From an uncultured Corynebacterium sp. (GTDB lineage Bacteria; Actinomycetota; Actinomycetes; Mycobacteriales; Mycobacteriaceae): 64,000 bases of DNA. A program made the translations under genes and the position numbers. Each line of letters begins with the position of its first letter. Positions within the stretch are counted from its first letter, which is position 1. Below are positions 30,476 through 42,251 of the stretch, piece by piece. The notes below the pieces were generated by a model. That model was given only the letters and a program-made list of their open reading frames with translations. It was not told where the DNA came from and made no database searches. The DNA is taken from contig NZ_CAMIBP010000004.1 in the NCBI RefSeq assembly GCF_946223165.1, positions 15,949 through 79,948 on the forward strand, written 5' to 3'.

Positions 30476-32005
30476 ATGATTGAGCTCACCCTCCGCGAGA
30501 TTGCGGACATCACCGGCGGCCGGTTGGCCGGCGGCGCCGACGCCGACGCCGTGGTGACCGGATCCGTCGAGTTCGACTCGCGGAAGATCACGCCGGGCGG
30601 ACTGTTCCTGGCGCTGCCGGGCGCCCGCGTCGACGGGCACGACTTCGCTGCCAAGGCCATCGAGCAGGGCGCCGTCGCCGTGCTTGGCGCCCGCGAGGTG
30701 GGCGTGCCGTCGATTGTCGTCGAGCCCACCGGGCGCGTCGAGGGGGACGGCGCCAACGCCGATATCTACGCCAATGATTCGGACGGCTCCGCGGCCGCAG
30801 TCGTCCGCGCTTTGTCCGACCTGGCACGCGCGGTGACCCAGCGCCTCCACGCCGAGCGCGGGCTGACCATCGTCGGCATCACGGGCTCCGCTGGCAAGAC
30901 GTCGACGAAGGATCTCGTGGCTACCGTGCTGCGCGCCGCCGCTCCGGACGACACCGGCGTGGTCGCCCCGCCGGGATCCTTCAACAACGAGATTGGCCAC
31001 CCGTACACCGCCCTGCGCTGCGGCGAGTCCACCCGGTACCTCGTGGCGGAGATGTCGGCGCGCGGCATCGGCCACATTGCGCACCTCGCGGACATTGCGG
31101 CGCCGTCCATCGGCGTCGTGCTCAACGTCGGCTCCGCGCACCTCGGCGAGTTCGGCTCACGGGAGAATATCGCCGTGGCCAAGGGCGAGCTGGTCGAGGC
31201 CCTGCCGCCGGCGGACGAGGGCGGCGTTGCCATCCTCAACGCCGACGACGACCTCGTGGCCGCAATGGCTGCGCGCACCGCGGCCCGGGTGGTGACCACC
31301 TCGGCGGCCACCCCGCCGGCGCCGGGCGCGGGTTACGTCGCCACCGACATCGAGCTCGACGACGTCGCGCGCCCCACGTTTACCCTCCACGCCCCGGGCG
31401 CCGAGCCTGTCCGCGTCAAGCTGCAGGTCTTCGGCAAGCACCAGGTGTCCAACGCGCTCGCCGCCGTCGCCGCGGCACAGGCCGTAGGCATGGACATCCC
31501 CACCATCGCGCACGCCCTCCAGGGACACACGAACGCCTCCGCGCACCGCATGGACGTCCAGACTCGCGCCGACGGGCTCACCATCATTGACGACTCCTAC
31601 AACGCGAACCCCGACTCCATGCGCGCGGCCATCGCGGCGCTGGGATACACCACCTCCGCCCGCCCCGGCGCCCGCGCCATCGCCGTGCTCGGCGAGATGG
31701 GCGAGCTCGGCGCTGACGCACTTGTCGCCCACGAAAGCATTGCCGACGATCTGGCCAAGTACCGCATCGGCTACCTCGTCGTCGTGGGGGACAGCGCCAA
31801 CTGCAACGCAATGGCTCGCGCCGCAGCTGCACAGGGTATAACTACTACTGTTGTGGCACATGCCGACGAGGCTATCGCCGTCGTGAATGACATCGTGCGC
31901 ACGGTCCCGGCGGATGCCGGCCCGGCGCAGGATGTCGTGCTGGCCAAGGCCTCTAACGCGCAGGCGCTGTGGCACGTGGTCGAGGGCCTGCGCGCCCAGC
32001 ATTAG
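30476..32005 (+). CDS. murF: UDP-MurNAc-tripeptide--D-alanyl-D-alanine ligase
   Basis: Mur ligase P-loop GITGSAGKTSTK. RBS GAAGGA. Confidence 0.9.
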   Translation: MIELTLREIADITGGRLAGGADADAVVTGSVEFDSRKITPGGLFLALPGARVDGHDFAAKAIEQGAVAVLGAREVGVPSIVVEPTGRVEGDGANADIYANDSDGSAAAVVRALSDLARAVTQRLHAERGLTIVGITGSAGKTSTKDLVATVLRAAAPDDTGVVAPPGSFNNEIGHPYTALRCGESTRYLVAEMSARGIGHIAHLADIAAPSIGVVLNVGSAHLGEFGSRENIAVAKGELVEALPPADEGGVAILNADDDLVAAMAARTAARVVTTSAATPPAPGAGYVATDIELDDVARPTFTLHAPGAEPVRVKLQVFGKHQVSNALAAVAAAQAVGMDIPTIAHALQGHTNASAHRMDVQTRADGLTIIDDSYNANPDSMRAAIAALGYTTSARPGARAIAVLGEMGELGADALVAHESIADDLAKYRIGYLVVVGDSANCNAMARAAAAQGITTTVVAHADEAIAVVNDIVRTVPADAGPAQDVVLAKASNAQALWHVVEGLRAQH

Positions 32006-32052
32006 CGCCAGACCTACCCCAAGTTAGCTGAAGCAAAAGGATTGTTGACGTC

Positions 32053-33159
32053 GTGACCCAGATCATCATCTCGGGAGTCGTGAGCTTCCTCGTTGCGATC
32101 TTTCTGACCCCTTACCTCATTCGTTACTTCTCGAATGCGGGCAAGGGCCAGGAGATCCGTGAGGACGGTCCCAAGTCCCACCTCCGCAAACGCGGCACTC
32201 CGACGATGGGTGGCATCGCCATCATCGCCGGCATCGTCGTCGGCTATGTGGTGACGGACATCTACGGTGAGGTGTCCGGCCGCGGCGGTTTCACTGCGTC
32301 AGGCTTGCTCGTCCTCGGTCTCACCCTGGGTTTGGGCGCGCTCGGCTTCGCGGATGACTTCATCAAGCTGTTCAAGCAGCGCAACCTGGGACTCAATAAG
32401 ACTGCCAAGCTGGTGGGCCAGCTTGCAGTCTCCCTGCTCTTCGGCATTCTGCTCCTGCAGTTCCCTGATGACAACGGCACCACCCCGGGCTCGACGCACT
32501 TGTCGTTCATCCGCGATATCGACACCATCGACTTCAACTTCGGCCCTGCGGCCGTGGGCATCGTCGCGTTCCTCCTGTTCATGTACATCCTCATCGCGGC
32601 GTGGTCCAACGCGGTAAACCTCACCGACGGCCTGGACGGGCTCGCAGCCGGCTCCACTGCCTTCGTCATGGGCGCCTACGCGCTCATGACCTTCTGGCAG
32701 TTCCGCTACTCCTGCGGCGACGGCCACGTGGCGGGCTGCTACGAGGTCCGCGATCCGCTGGATCTGGCCATCCTGTCCGCCGCCGGCCTGGGCGGCTGCC
32801 TGGGCTTCCTCTGGTGGAACGCCGCGCCGGCGAAGATCTTCATGGGCGACACCGGATCCCTGGCCCTCGGCGGTCTCGTCGCCGGCCTGTCCGTCGCTTC
32901 CCGCACCGAGCTTCTCATGATCATCATCGGTGCCCTCTTCGTCATCGAGGTCGCCTCTGTCGCTATCCAGATTGTCGTCTTCCGCACCACGGGCAAGCGC
33001 TTCTTCCGCATGGCCCCCATCCACCACCACTTTGAGAATGGCGGGTGGCCCGAGACCGCCGTCGTTATTCGCTTCTGGCTGCTCGCCGGCATGGCCGCCA
33101 TCGTCGGCGTCGCTGTTTTCTATGGCGATTGGCTCCTCAAGACAGGAATCGGAATATAG
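32053..33159 (+). CDS. mraY: Phospho-N-acetylmuramoyl-pentapeptide transferase
   Basis: Ten TM. MraY motifs ([18 protein letters not shown]). GTG start with RBS AAAGGA. Confidence 0.9.
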   Translation: MTQIIISGVVSFLVAIFLTPYLIRYFSNAGKGQEIREDGPKSHLRKRGTPTMGGIAIIAGIVVGYVVTDIYGEVSGRGGFTASGLLVLGLTLGLGALGFADDFIKLFKQRNLGLNKTAKLVGQLAVSLLFGILLLQFPDDNGTTPGSTHLSFIRDIDTIDFNFGPAAVGIVAFLLFMYILIAAWSNAVNLTDGLDGLAAGSTAFVMGAYALMTFWQFRYSCGDGHVAGCYEVRDPLDLAILSAAGLGGCLGFLWWNAAPAKIFMGDTGSLALGGLVAGLSVASRTELLMIIIGALFVIEVASVAIQIVVFRTTGKRFFRMAPIHHHFENGGWPETAVVIRFWLLAGMAAIVGVAVFYGDWLLKTGIGI

Positions 33160-33273
33160 GACCGCGGGCCGTGCTGGTGCACGGCCCTTTGTGCCCTCTG
33201 AGCCACCCACGTCGTGCGAGGTCGCACACGAACCCCACGTCCGCAAGAGCACCTTAGGTAGAGAGGAAACCTC

Positions 33274-34722
33274 ATGACCAACTCGCATACGAACCCCGCC
33301 GCCGCAGCGGTGCAAGCGCTGCCTGAAGAGCTGCGGGGTCGCATCCTCATCGCTGGCGCCGGAATGTCGGGGCTCGGCTGTGCGCGCCTACTGGCGGCCC
33401 TGGGCGCGGATCTCACCGTCGCCGATGACAACGCCCAGCACGTCGCCCAGCTGCCCGCGGGCGTGCCCAGCATGACCACGGCGGAGGCCCAGGGCGCGGC
33501 GGCGACCTTTGATATCGTCGTGACCTCCCCGGGCTGGCGGCCCGACTCGCCGCTGCTCGTGGCAGCGGCACATGCCGGCATCCCCGTCATTGGCGACGTC
33601 GAGCTGGCCTACCGCCTAGACCGCCACCAGGTCTTCGGCTCCCCGCGCACGTGGCTGGTCGTCACCGGAACCAACGGCAAGACGACGACGACAGGCATGC
33701 TCGCTTCCATCATGGCTGCCGATGCCGCCCGCACCGGCAAGCGCGCCCTCGCCGTGGGCAACATCGGCGTCTCCGTCTACGATGCATTGGCTGATACTGA
33801 GCGCGTCGATGTCCTCGTCGCCGAGCTGTCCTCCTTCCAGCTGCATTGGTCCAGCGAGCTCACCCCGGACGTGGGCGTCCTCCTCAACCTTGCCGACGAT
33901 CACCTCGATTGGCACGGCTCCTTTGAGGCCTACGCGCTGGCAAAGGCCAAGGTTCTCAGCGGTGCCAACGCCGTCGTCGGCCGCGACGACGAGTTCGTGC
34001 GCGAGTACACCGACCGCATGCGCGCCGCGGGTCTCGTGGCCCCGCGCGTGGTGGGCTTTACCGCCCAGCACCCCGCGGTGGATGAGGTCGGCGTCGACAG
34101 CGGCCGACTGGTCTCCACCCTGGACGGATCCCCGGAGCCGCTGTGCTCCGTGGACGGCATCGAACCCGCCGGCATCTCAGGCGTCCTCGACGCGGCGGCG
34201 GCCGCGGCGGCGGCCCTCCTCGCGGGGGCGTTGCCCGAATCCGTTGCGGCGGGCCTGTCCTCCTACAGGGTGGCGGGCCACCGCGGCGCCGTCGTGCACG
34301 AGCACGCCGGCGTGCGCTACGTCGACAATTCCAAGGCCACCAATCCCCATGCCGCCGATGCCGCTCTTGCGGGCCTCGACAGCGTCGTCTGGGTCGCCGG
34401 CGGACAGCTCAAGGGCGCCCACGTGGACCAGCTCATTGAGGATCACGCGCCGCGGCTCAAGGCGGCGGTGCTGCTCGGCGTCGACCGGCGCATCCTCGCA
34501 GACGCGTTGGCGGCCCTCGCACCGCAGGTCCCGGTGACCGTAATCGATGAAACGGACCCCGAGGCAGCCATGGACGCCGCTGTGGCCGCCGCCGTGCAAC
34601 ACGCCGGGGCCGGAGATACCGTGCTTTTGGCCCCGGCTGCGGCATCGTTGGACATGTACCCCGGCATGGGCGTGCGCGGCGACATGTTTGCCGCCGCTGC
34701 CCGCGCCCAGGCACACGACTAA
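33274..34722 (+). CDS. murD: UDP-N-acetylmuramoylalanine--D-glutamate ligase
   Basis: P-loop GTNGKTTTT. RBS AGAGAGGAAA. Confidence 0.9.
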   Translation: MTNSHTNPAAAAVQALPEELRGRILIAGAGMSGLGCARLLAALGADLTVADDNAQHVAQLPAGVPSMTTAEAQGAAATFDIVVTSPGWRPDSPLLVAAAHAGIPVIGDVELAYRLDRHQVFGSPRTWLVVTGTNGKTTTTGMLASIMAADAARTGKRALAVGNIGVSVYDALADTERVDVLVAELSSFQLHWSSELTPDVGVLLNLADDHLDWHGSFEAYALAKAKVLSGANAVVGRDDEFVREYTDRMRAAGLVAPRVVGFTAQHPAVDEVGVDSGRLVSTLDGSPEPLCSVDGIEPAGISGVLDAAAAAAAALLAGALPESVAAGLSSYRVAGHRGAVVHEHAGVRYVDNSKATNPHAADAALAGLDSVVWVAGGQLKGAHVDQLIEDHAPRLKAAVLLGVDRRILADALAALAPQVPVTVIDETDPEAAMDAAVAAAVQHAGAGDTVLLAPAAASLDMYPGMGVRGDMFAAAARAQAHD

Positions 34723-34746
34723 TCACGACCCTTTGTCAGGAGCACC

Positions 34747-36420
34747 ATGACCACCACCATGTCCCGTCGCCCCGGTGACGGCCAGCCCAGCGCGCCCCGG
34801 CCGTCCGGGAAGTCGGGCGGCCTGCGCGGCCTTCACGACGCGGCGCGGGACTCCATGGATAGCCGGCCCGGCCTGGACTATCTCATGCTGCGTATCACCG
34901 TGCTCGCCCTGGTAGGCATCGGCCTGCTCATGGCCTACTCGGCATCCATGGCGTCGTCGTGGGTGGAGACTGAGAGCGGCAACGTGTGGAGCCAGGCCAT
35001 CCGCCAGACCATCATGGTGGTGGCCGGTCTGTTCGTCTTTTGGCTGGGCTTGAAGATCCCGCCGCGGCTCATTAAGACTCTGGTGCCCTGGCTCATCGCA
35101 GCAGCGCTCATCGCCCTCGTCGCCGTGCTCACCCCGCTGGGTACCGGCCGCGAAGAGGTGGGTTCCCAGTCGTGGCTCTACCTTGGCCCATTTTCTATCC
35201 AGCCCTCGGAGATCGCTCGCGTAGCCATTGGTCTCTACGGCGCGAACTTGCTGGCTAACGAGCTGCCGCACTGGGGTCGACTGCGCACCGCCATGGACAT
35301 CATTCGCGACCCTTACGTGCGTTATATCGCCGTCGCGGGCCTGTTCATGCTGCTCATCTTGGCCCAGGGCGACGTAGGTATGGCCGCGTCCTTCGGTGTG
35401 GTCGTGGCCTTCACATTGTTCTTTGCCGGACTCAACCTCGGTGTGTTTTTCTTTGGCCTTATCGCCGTGGCCGTGGCCGGGTCATTGGTCTTCCTCACCG
35501 GCGGAGGTTTCCGCTCCAACCGCATCACGACGTTCCTCTCCGCGCTCACCGGACACATCGCCGACACCCAGGGCACGGGCTTCCAGACCTACCAGGGTTT
35601 CCTGTCGCTGGCCGACGGCGGCGCTGCGGGTGTGGGACTGGGCCAGTCGCGCGCCAAGTGGTTCTACCTGCCGGAGGCGCGCAATGACTTCGTCTTTGCC
35701 ATCGTGGGTGAGGAGCTCGGCCTCTGGGGCGCGGTCCTCGTTGTGGTTCTCTTCGCCACGCTGGGTTTCTTTGGTATCCGTACCGCGATGCGCGCGCAGA
35801 ATCAATTTCAGGCGCTCGTCGCCGCGACGCTCACCGCGGGTGTGGTCTCCCAGGCGTTCTTCAACGTCAGCTACGTCATCGGTCTGCTTCCCGTCACGGG
35901 TGTTCAGCTGCCGATGATCTCTGCCGGCGGCACCGCGACCATCATCACGATTGGCTCCATGGGCCTGCTGTGCAACGTGGCGCGCCACGAACCGGAGAAC
36001 ATCTCGGCCGTGCAAAACTACGGTCGCCCGCTCTTCGACCGGGTCTTCTTCATCCAGGAGCCCGAGCCGGAAGGGGCCGCCCCAGTGCGCAACGGTGGGC
36101 GCCGCCGTGCTGATGGCACTGGCCGCAGCGCCTCCGCCGCGTCCCGACCCACGCACGCCCAGCGCCCGACCCGCGGCGGCCGCCCCGCCCGCGAGGATGC
36201 CGCGCGTGCCCGTTTCGGTGAGCCGGTGACCGTGCGCCGCCCCCGGAGCACGGCCCCTGAGAGCACGGAGCGCTCGGTGCGTCCGGCCGCCGGGCAGTTC
36301 CGGCCCGGCCGACACGAGTCCACTGACCGCCGGGGCAGCGTCGATCCGCGTCGCCGCGCGGGTACGGACCGCGGCCGCCATGAGGGCGGCAGCGGCCGCC
36401 GCCGAAGCGACTGGCGCTAG
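34747..36420 (+). CDS. ftsW: Peptidoglycan glycosyltransferase FtsW (SEDS) with Arg-rich C-terminal tail
   Basis: Ten-TM SEDS core. About 120-aa Arg/Pro-rich cytoplasmic extension as in Corynebacterineae FtsW. Confidence 0.9.
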   Translation: MTTTMSRRPGDGQPSAPRPSGKSGGLRGLHDAARDSMDSRPGLDYLMLRITVLALVGIGLLMAYSASMASSWVETESGNVWSQAIRQTIMVVAGLFVFWLGLKIPPRLIKTLVPWLIAAALIALVAVLTPLGTGREEVGSQSWLYLGPFSIQPSEIARVAIGLYGANLLANELPHWGRLRTAMDIIRDPYVRYIAVAGLFMLLILAQGDVGMAASFGVVVAFTLFFAGLNLGVFFFGLIAVAVAGSLVFLTGGGFRSNRITTFLSALTGHIADTQGTGFQTYQGFLSLADGGAAGVGLGQSRAKWFYLPEARNDFVFAIVGEELGLWGAVLVVVLFATLGFFGIRTAMRAQNQFQALVAATLTAGVVSQAFFNVSYVIGLLPVTGVQLPMISAGGTATIITIGSMGLLCNVARHEPENISAVQNYGRPLFDRVFFIQEPEPEGAAPVRNGGRRRADGTGRSASAASRPTHAQRPTRGGRPAREDAARARFGEPVTVRRPRSTAPESTERSVRPAAGQFRPGRHESTDRRGSVDPRRRAGTDRGRHEGGSGRRRSDWR

Positions 36421-36519
36421 GTCCGCCTTACCCCGTCACGGCGGCAGTCCCGGCCTTAGTTTCTCGGCACGCGTGCCTGCCGCCCCGGAACGCGGCGACG
36501 CACTGGTAGCCTAGCTGCT

Positions 36520-37617
36520 ATGAATTCGCAGTCCATCTCCGTTGTTATTGCAGGTGGCGGCACTGCCGGCCACATCGAACCGGCGCTCGCCGTCGGCGAG
36601 GCTCTCGCCGTAGAACACGGCGCCCGGATCACCGCGCTCGGCACGGCGAAGGGGTTGGAACGCGATATCGTCCCAGCCCGCGGTGTGGACCTGCGCCTCA
36701 TCACGCCGGTTCCCATCCCGCGCAAGCTCAACGCGGATCTTGCCAAGCTTCCGTTCAACCTCGTGAAGTCCGTCCGGGAGACCCGTGCGGTCCTCAAGGA
36801 TGTTTCGGCCGACGCCGTCTTCGGCACCGGCGGCTACGTCGCCGCGCCGGCCTACCTCGCCGCGAAGTCCCTGGGCCTGCCGTTCTATGTCTTGGAGACC
36901 AACGCGCTGGCGGGCATGGCGAATAAGCTCGGCGTGCGCCTCGGCGGCATCGGCCTCAACGCCACCGCCAACTCCGGAATGCCGGGGGAAGTGGTGGGCA
37001 TTCCTGTGCGTCCGTCGCTGGCCGCGGCCAACGCGGGCGAGGCTGCCGCCGTGGCCGCCGCCGCGCGTGAGAAGTGGGAACTGAGCGCGGACCGCCCCGT
37101 CATCCTCGTCACCGGAGGCTCCCAAGGCGCACAGTCGATCAACGCCGCAGTCGCCGGGGCGCTCGACTCCCTGCTGGAGGACAACCAGGTTCTCCACGCC
37201 TACGGCAAGAAGAACGAACGGCCCGCGGGCGCCGATCGCGCCGGCTATACGGCGTTGCCCTACATCGATGACATGGCCGGCGCGCTGGCCGTCGCTGATC
37301 TGGTCATCTGCCGTTCCGGTGCGATGACCGTCGCGGAGGTCTCCGCCGCCCACCTGCCCGCCATCTACATCCCGCTTCCCATCGGCAACGGCGAGCAGGC
37401 GCTGAACTCCAAGGATCTCGTCGCCGCGGGAGCCGCTGTGCAGATTGCCGATGCCGACTTGAGCCCCGAGCTGCTCACCCGCACGGTGCGCGAGATCCTG
37501 GATGATCCACAGCGCCGCGCGGCCATGGTGGAGGCAGTGTCCTCCAACTCCGCTGGCGACGTGTCCCGAACTCTGGCCAGCCGCATTGCCAGCCGCATCC
37601 GCGAGGCCCGCAGCTAG
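36520..37617 (+). CDS. murG: Undecaprenyldiphospho-muramoylpentapeptide beta-N-acetylglucosaminyltransferase
   Basis: GGTAGH N-terminal motif, GT28 family fold. Confidence 0.9.
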   Translation: MNSQSISVVIAGGGTAGHIEPALAVGEALAVEHGARITALGTAKGLERDIVPARGVDLRLITPVPIPRKLNADLAKLPFNLVKSVRETRAVLKDVSADAVFGTGGYVAAPAYLAAKSLGLPFYVLETNALAGMANKLGVRLGGIGLNATANSGMPGEVVGIPVRPSLAAANAGEAAAVAAAAREKWELSADRPVILVTGGSQGAQSINAAVAGALDSLLEDNQVLHAYGKKNERPAGADRAGYTALPYIDDMAGALAVADLVICRSGAMTVAEVSAAHLPAIYIPLPIGNGEQALNSKDLVAAGAAVQIADADLSPELLTRTVREILDDPQRRAAMVEAVSSNSAGDVSRTLASRIASRIREARS

Positions 37618-37669
37618 ACCAGACCCTTTTCACTACCGTCCTTCACGTTTCTCACACGAAAGCACCGTC

Positions 37670-39190
37670 ATGACCGATTCCACCGGCACCACCGGCACGA
37701 ACGACCTTAACTATGATCTCTCCCGCGTCCACATGATCGGCATCGGCGGCGCGGGCATGTCGGGCCTGGCCCGCATCCTGCTCTCCCGCGGCTCCGTCGT
37801 GACGGGCTCGGACGTCAAGGACTCCACCCCCGTCGAGGTCCTGCGCACCCTGGGCGCGACCATCGCGGTGGGCCACGCCGCCGAGAACCTCGAACTGGCT
37901 GGCCAACGCCCGACCGTTGTCGTCACGTCGTTCGCCGCCATCCCGCAGGACAACCCGGAGCTCGCCGGGGCGCGCGCGGCCGGGATCCCGGTCATCCGCC
38001 GCTCCGATCTCCTCGCCGCGCTCATGGTGGGGCGCGAGGAAGTGCTCCTGGCCGGCACGCACGGCAAGACCTCGACGACATCGATGACCGTCGCTGCACT
38101 GCAGGCCGCCGGGCTCGATCCCTCGTTTGCCATCGGCGGCCAGCTCAACCGCGCCGGCACCAACGCGCACAACGGAACCGGCACCGCGTTCGTGGCCGAG
38201 GCCGACGAGTCCGATGCCTCGCTCCTGCGCTACTCGCCGAAGGTCGCCGTCATCACCAACGCCGAGCCGGATCACCTCAACTTCTTCCACACGCCGGAGG
38301 CCTACTTTAAGGTCTTCGACGACTTCGCGGACCGCGTCGTCGACGGCGGTCACCTCGTCGTCTGCCTGGAGGATCCGCACGCCGCCGCGACGGGCGTGCG
38401 TGCCGCTGAGCGCGGCATCGCGGTGCTCGGCTACGGCACGGCCGAGGCAGCGCCGCAGTACCCGGCGGTGCCGCTGGCCGCGGAGGTCCTCGCCGAGGTG
38501 CCAGCAGGGGAGAACACCGCCGTGACCGCGCGCCTGGCGCTGCCCGGCGCTGAGCCGGTGGAGCTGCGCTACGAGCTGCAGATCCCTGGCCACCACATGG
38601 TGCTCAATTCCCTGGCCGCGCTCGTCGCGGGCACGCTCGCGGGCGGAGAACCTGCGCGCCTGGCCGAGGGGCTATCCGACTTCACCGGCGTGCGCCGCCG
38701 CTTTGAGTACCGTGGCGCCGGGTACCTGAATGGGGATACCTCGAGTGCGCCGATCCGCGTCTACGACGACTACGCCCACCACCCGACCGAGGTGCGCGCC
38801 GTGCTCACCGCCGCGCGCGACAAGGTGGCCTCCGAGGGCAACGGCGCCCGCGTCATCGCCTGCTTCCAGCCGCACCTGTACTCCCGCACCCTGGAATTCC
38901 AGCAGGAGTTCGCCGACGCGCTGGCGCTGGCCGATGCCGCCGTCGTCCTCGACATCTACGGCGCGCGCGAGCAACCCGTCGAGGGAGTGACCTCCCGCAT
39001 CATCACCGAGAAGATGCCGGACGGCCGCGCCACGTTTGAGCCGGACTTCTCTGCGGCGGCCCGCACCGTCGTCGAGCAGCTGCGCCCCGGCGATGTCGTC
39101 CTCACCGTCGGCGCCGGGTCCGTGACGCTGCTGGCCGCAGAAATCCTCGCGGAGCTGGGTGGCGCCGAGGCCGCGGCGGGGCAGGCTTAG
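37670..39190 (+). CDS. murC: UDP-N-acetylmuramate--L-alanine ligase
   Basis: [24 protein letters not shown] 37670 chosen. The 37502 start in the ORF track overlaps murG in another frame. Confidence 0.9.
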   Translation: MTDSTGTTGTNDLNYDLSRVHMIGIGGAGMSGLARILLSRGSVVTGSDVKDSTPVEVLRTLGATIAVGHAAENLELAGQRPTVVVTSFAAIPQDNPELAGARAAGIPVIRRSDLLAALMVGREEVLLAGTHGKTSTTSMTVAALQAAGLDPSFAIGGQLNRAGTNAHNGTGTAFVAEADESDASLLRYSPKVAVITNAEPDHLNFFHTPEAYFKVFDDFADRVVDGGHLVVCLEDPHAAATGVRAAERGIAVLGYGTAEAAPQYPAVPLAAEVLAEVPAGENTAVTARLALPGAEPVELRYELQIPGHHMVLNSLAALVAGTLAGGEPARLAEGLSDFTGVRRRFEYRGAGYLNGDTSSAPIRVYDDYAHHPTEVRAVLTAARDKVASEGNGARVIACFQPHLYSRTLEFQQEFADALALADAAVVLDIYGAREQPVEGVTSRIITEKMPDGRATFEPDFSAAARTVVEQLRPGDVVLTVGAGSVTLLAAEILAELGGAEAAAGQA

Positions 39191-39196
39191 TTGTCC

Positions 39197-39853
39197 ATGA
39201 CGCGTACAGCACTGTCCATCACCGCGGGCGTCATCGTCGCCCTCCTGGCCATCGCGGGTGTCGTCGTGTATACGGTCCCCGTGTTTACCGTGGATCGCGT
39301 CGAGGTCGAGGGCGCAGGTCACGTGAGCCAGGAGCAGGTGGAGCAGGCCTCCGGGCTGACGATAGGGGAGAATCTCGTGCGCGTTGATGCGCAGCAGGCG
39401 GCCACCGGCATCGCGGGTTTGCCGTGGGTGAAGTCCGTGACCGTTGAGCGCGCTTTCCCATCGACGGTGCACGTCGAGCTCACCGAGCGCACCGCCGTGG
39501 CGTATACCGACTCCACGGACGGCCCGCACCTCATTGACGCCGAGGGCGAGGAGTTCATTATCGATACCCCGCCCGCGGAGGCCGTGGAACTCACTGGTGG
39601 AGAATCCGGCTCCGAGAATTGGCGCGGCGCCGTCGCCGTGCTCGCGGCACTGCCGGCTGACCTGCGTGCGCAGGCACAGACGCTCGATACCGCGGACAAG
39701 TACAACTACGTCTTTCGGCTCAAGGATGACCGCATCATCACGTGGGGCGCTAACGAGGACAACGCGAACAAGGCGCGCGCCTTCGCGGCGGTCCTCAAGA
39801 TGGAGGGCCAGGAATGGAATATCTCCAACCCGGAGCTCGTGTCATCGAAGTAG
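39197..39853 (+). CDS. ftsQ: Cell division protein FtsQ
   Basis: Single N-terminal TM followed by a POTRA-like domain. Immediately follows murC. TTG 39191 is an alternative start. Confidence 0.8.
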   Translation: MTRTALSITAGVIVALLAIAGVVVYTVPVFTVDRVEVEGAGHVSQEQVEQASGLTIGENLVRVDAQQAATGIAGLPWVKSVTVERAFPSTVHVELTERTAVAYTDSTDGPHLIDAEGEEFIIDTPPAEAVELTGGESGSENWRGAVAVLAALPADLRAQAQTLDTADKYNYVFRLKDDRIITWGANEDNANKARAFAAVLKMEGQEWNISNPELVSSK

Positions 39854-40180
39854 TGACGCGGACCGGTTGACACCGTGCACCCCCGCGGACGCGCCGCGCG
39901 ATGGTTCGGCGCGCAAATTTTGTTCAGCGCGTCAGGGCGGCGCCGCGGGCGCTGTTTAGGGGACTGAGCGGGACAAAAGCCCACGTCAATAACCCTAAAC
40001 CAAAGGTTGAGGGTACCGACACGCGCGGAATGAACTCGTAAATGACACCGGTGTCATTGAAGATGGAGAGCAGTTACCGCGGCATGCACGCGGGCGCAGC
40101 GGCCCCCGCGGCCCGGCCCGCACGAAGCGGTCACATGCATCCTCGTCCTCGATTTTCAGGTGAAAGGCACAACACCTCTC

Positions 40181-41479
40181 ATGACCACCCCGAGCAACAA
40201 CAACCTCGCAGATATCAAGGTCGTCGGCGTCGGCGGCGGCGGCGTCAACGCCGTCAACCGCATGATCGAAGAAGGCCTTAAGGGCGTCGAATTCGTCGCC
40301 GTCAACACCGACGCCCAGGCGCTCATCCTGTGCGACGCCGACTCCAAGCTCGACATCGGCCGCGAAGCCACCCGCGGCCTCGGCGCCGGCGCCAACCCGG
40401 AGGTTGGCCGCCAGGCTGCCGAGGACTCCAAGGCTGAGCTCGAGGAATACCTGCGCGGCGCCGACATGGTCTTCGTGACCGCCGGCGAGGGCGGCGGCAC
40501 CGGCACGGGCGCCGCCCCGGTCGTGGCCTCCATCGCGAAGAAGCAGGGCGCGCTCACCGTCGGCGTCGTCACCAAGCCGTTCAAGTTCGAGGGCCAGCGC
40601 CGCACCCGTCAGGCCGAGGAAGGCATCGCCAACCTCGCCGAGGTATGTGACACCCTCATCGTCATCCCGAACGAGCGCCTGCTCCAGCTCTCCGATGAGG
40701 AACTCCCCATCGTCGAGGCCTTCCGCCTGGCCGATGAAATCCTCCACAACGGTGTCCAGGGCATCACGGACCTCATCACCACCCCGGGCATGATCAACGT
40801 CGACTTCGCCGACGTCCGCTCCGTCATGGCCGATGCTGGCTCCGCCCTCATGGGCATCGGCAACGCCCGCGGCGACAACCGCGCGCTCGTCGCCACCGAG
40901 CAGGCCATCAACTCTCCGCTTCTGGAGTCCACCATGCACGGCGCCAAGGGCGTGCTGCTCTCCATCGCCGGCGGCTCCGACCTCGGCCTCCACGAGATCA
41001 ACCAGGCGGCGTCCCTCGTCAACGATCACGCTGACGCCGACGCCAACATCATCTTCGGTACCATCATCGACGACTCCCTGGGCGACGAGATTCGCGTGAC
41101 CATCATCGCCACCGGCTTTGATGCCGAGAAGAATCGCCACGGCGCGGGCGAGGGCATCATCTCGCACGAGAACCCGGCCCCGGCCCGCGAGGCTGCCCGC
41201 GGTTCCCTCTTCGAGGATCGCCCCGCAGCTCGCGAGCAGGCCGCCGAGCCGGTTCGCGCCGACAGTCGCGAGGTGCGCGACAGCCGCGACGCTCGCGACG
41301 TCCGTGCCGACTCCTACCAGCCCCGCCACCAGTACGGCGAGCAGGAGCGTCGCTCTGGCGATGCCGGCCTGTTCACCTCCCGTGAGGATCGCCGCGATGT
41401 CCCGCGCGAGGCGCGCCGCGACGATCGCCGCGACTCCGGCTTCGACGACGACCTCGACGTGCCGGACTTCCTGCGCTAG
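40181..41479 (+). CDS. ftsZ: Cell division GTPase FtsZ
   Basis: GGGTGTG tubulin signature, [17 protein letters not shown]-terminal [10 protein letters not shown] peptide. Confidence 0.95.
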   Translation: MTTPSNNNLADIKVVGVGGGGVNAVNRMIEEGLKGVEFVAVNTDAQALILCDADSKLDIGREATRGLGAGANPEVGRQAAEDSKAELEEYLRGADMVFVTAGEGGGTGTGAAPVVASIAKKQGALTVGVVTKPFKFEGQRRTRQAEEGIANLAEVCDTLIVIPNERLLQLSDEELPIVEAFRLADEILHNGVQGITDLITTPGMINVDFADVRSVMADAGSALMGIGNARGDNRALVATEQAINSPLLESTMHGAKGVLLSIAGGSDLGLHEINQAASLVNDHADADANIIFGTIIDDSLGDEIRVTIIATGFDAEKNRHGAGEGIISHENPAPAREAARGSLFEDRPAAREQAAEPVRADSREVRDSRDARDVRADSYQPRHQYGEQERRSGDAGLFTSREDRRDVPREARRDDRRDSGFDDDLDVPDFLR

Positions 41480-41510
41480 ACCCTGACGGTTCCGCGCTAG
41501 GCTGGAGTGC

Positions 41511-42251
41511 ATGCCAGTCACCGAGGAAGCAGCAGTTTACCGCCCCGTCCGCATGGTGTTTACCACCCGTGCGGGCGGGGCTTCGGCGTCCCCGTACGCC
41601 TCGTTTAACCTGGGGGATCACGTTGGCGATGACCCCGCCGCCGTCGCCGCCAACCGCGAGCGCCTGCGCACCGCGCTGGGCCTCGACTCCATCGTCTACA
41701 TGGAGCAGCTCCACACCAACACCGTCACCGTCGTCGATGCTTCGGCTCCCGTCCCTGTCGAGGCCACCGACGCCATCGTGACCACCACGCCCAACCTCGG
41801 CTTGGCCGTCCTCGTGGCCGACTGCACGCCGGTGTTGCTTGCCGATGCCGCCGCGGGTGTCGTCGCCGCCGCTCACGCCGGCCGCTTGGGCGCGCGCAAC
41901 GGGATCATCCCCAACACCGTCGATGCAATGGTGAAGCTCGGCGCGACCCCCGGCAGCATTCAGGTCCTCATGGGCCCCGCCGCCTCGGGCCGCAATTACG
42001 AGGTCCCCGCCGAGATGGCCGCCGACGTCGAGGCGCACCTGCCGGGCGCGCGGATGAAGACTGCGAAGGGCACCGACGGTATCGACGTGCGGGCGGGACT
42101 CGTGCGCCAGCTGCTCAGTTTGGGCGTCACCGCCATCGAGGCGGATCCGCGGTGCACCATCGAGGACGAATCCTTCTTTTCCTACCGTCGCGAGGGCACC
42201 ACTGGCCGCCAGGCCGGCGTTGTCTGGCTCAACCCGCGGGAGGAAAAGTAA
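41511..42251 (+). CDS. pgeF: Peptidoglycan editing factor PgeF (YfiH, laccase-domain protein)
   Basis: DUF152 motifs (FTTRAGG, HAGR). Conserved position after ftsZ. Confidence 0.8.
   Translation: MPVTEEAAVYRPVRMVFTTRAGGASASPYASFNLGDHVGDDPAAVAANRERLRTALGLDSIVYMEQLHTNTVTVVDASAPVPVEATDAIVTTTPNLGLAVLVADCTPVLLADAAAGVVAAAHAGRLGARNGIIPNTVDAMVKLGATPGSIQVLMGPAASGRNYEVPAEMAADVEAHLPGARMKTAKGTDGIDVRAGLVRQLLSLGVTAIEADPRCTIEDESFFSYRREGTTGRQAGVVWLNPREEK

Noticed and set aside
37502-37669. Upstream extension of murC.
   Set aside because: It overlaps the murG 3' end. The conserved MurC N-terminus begins at ATG 37670.
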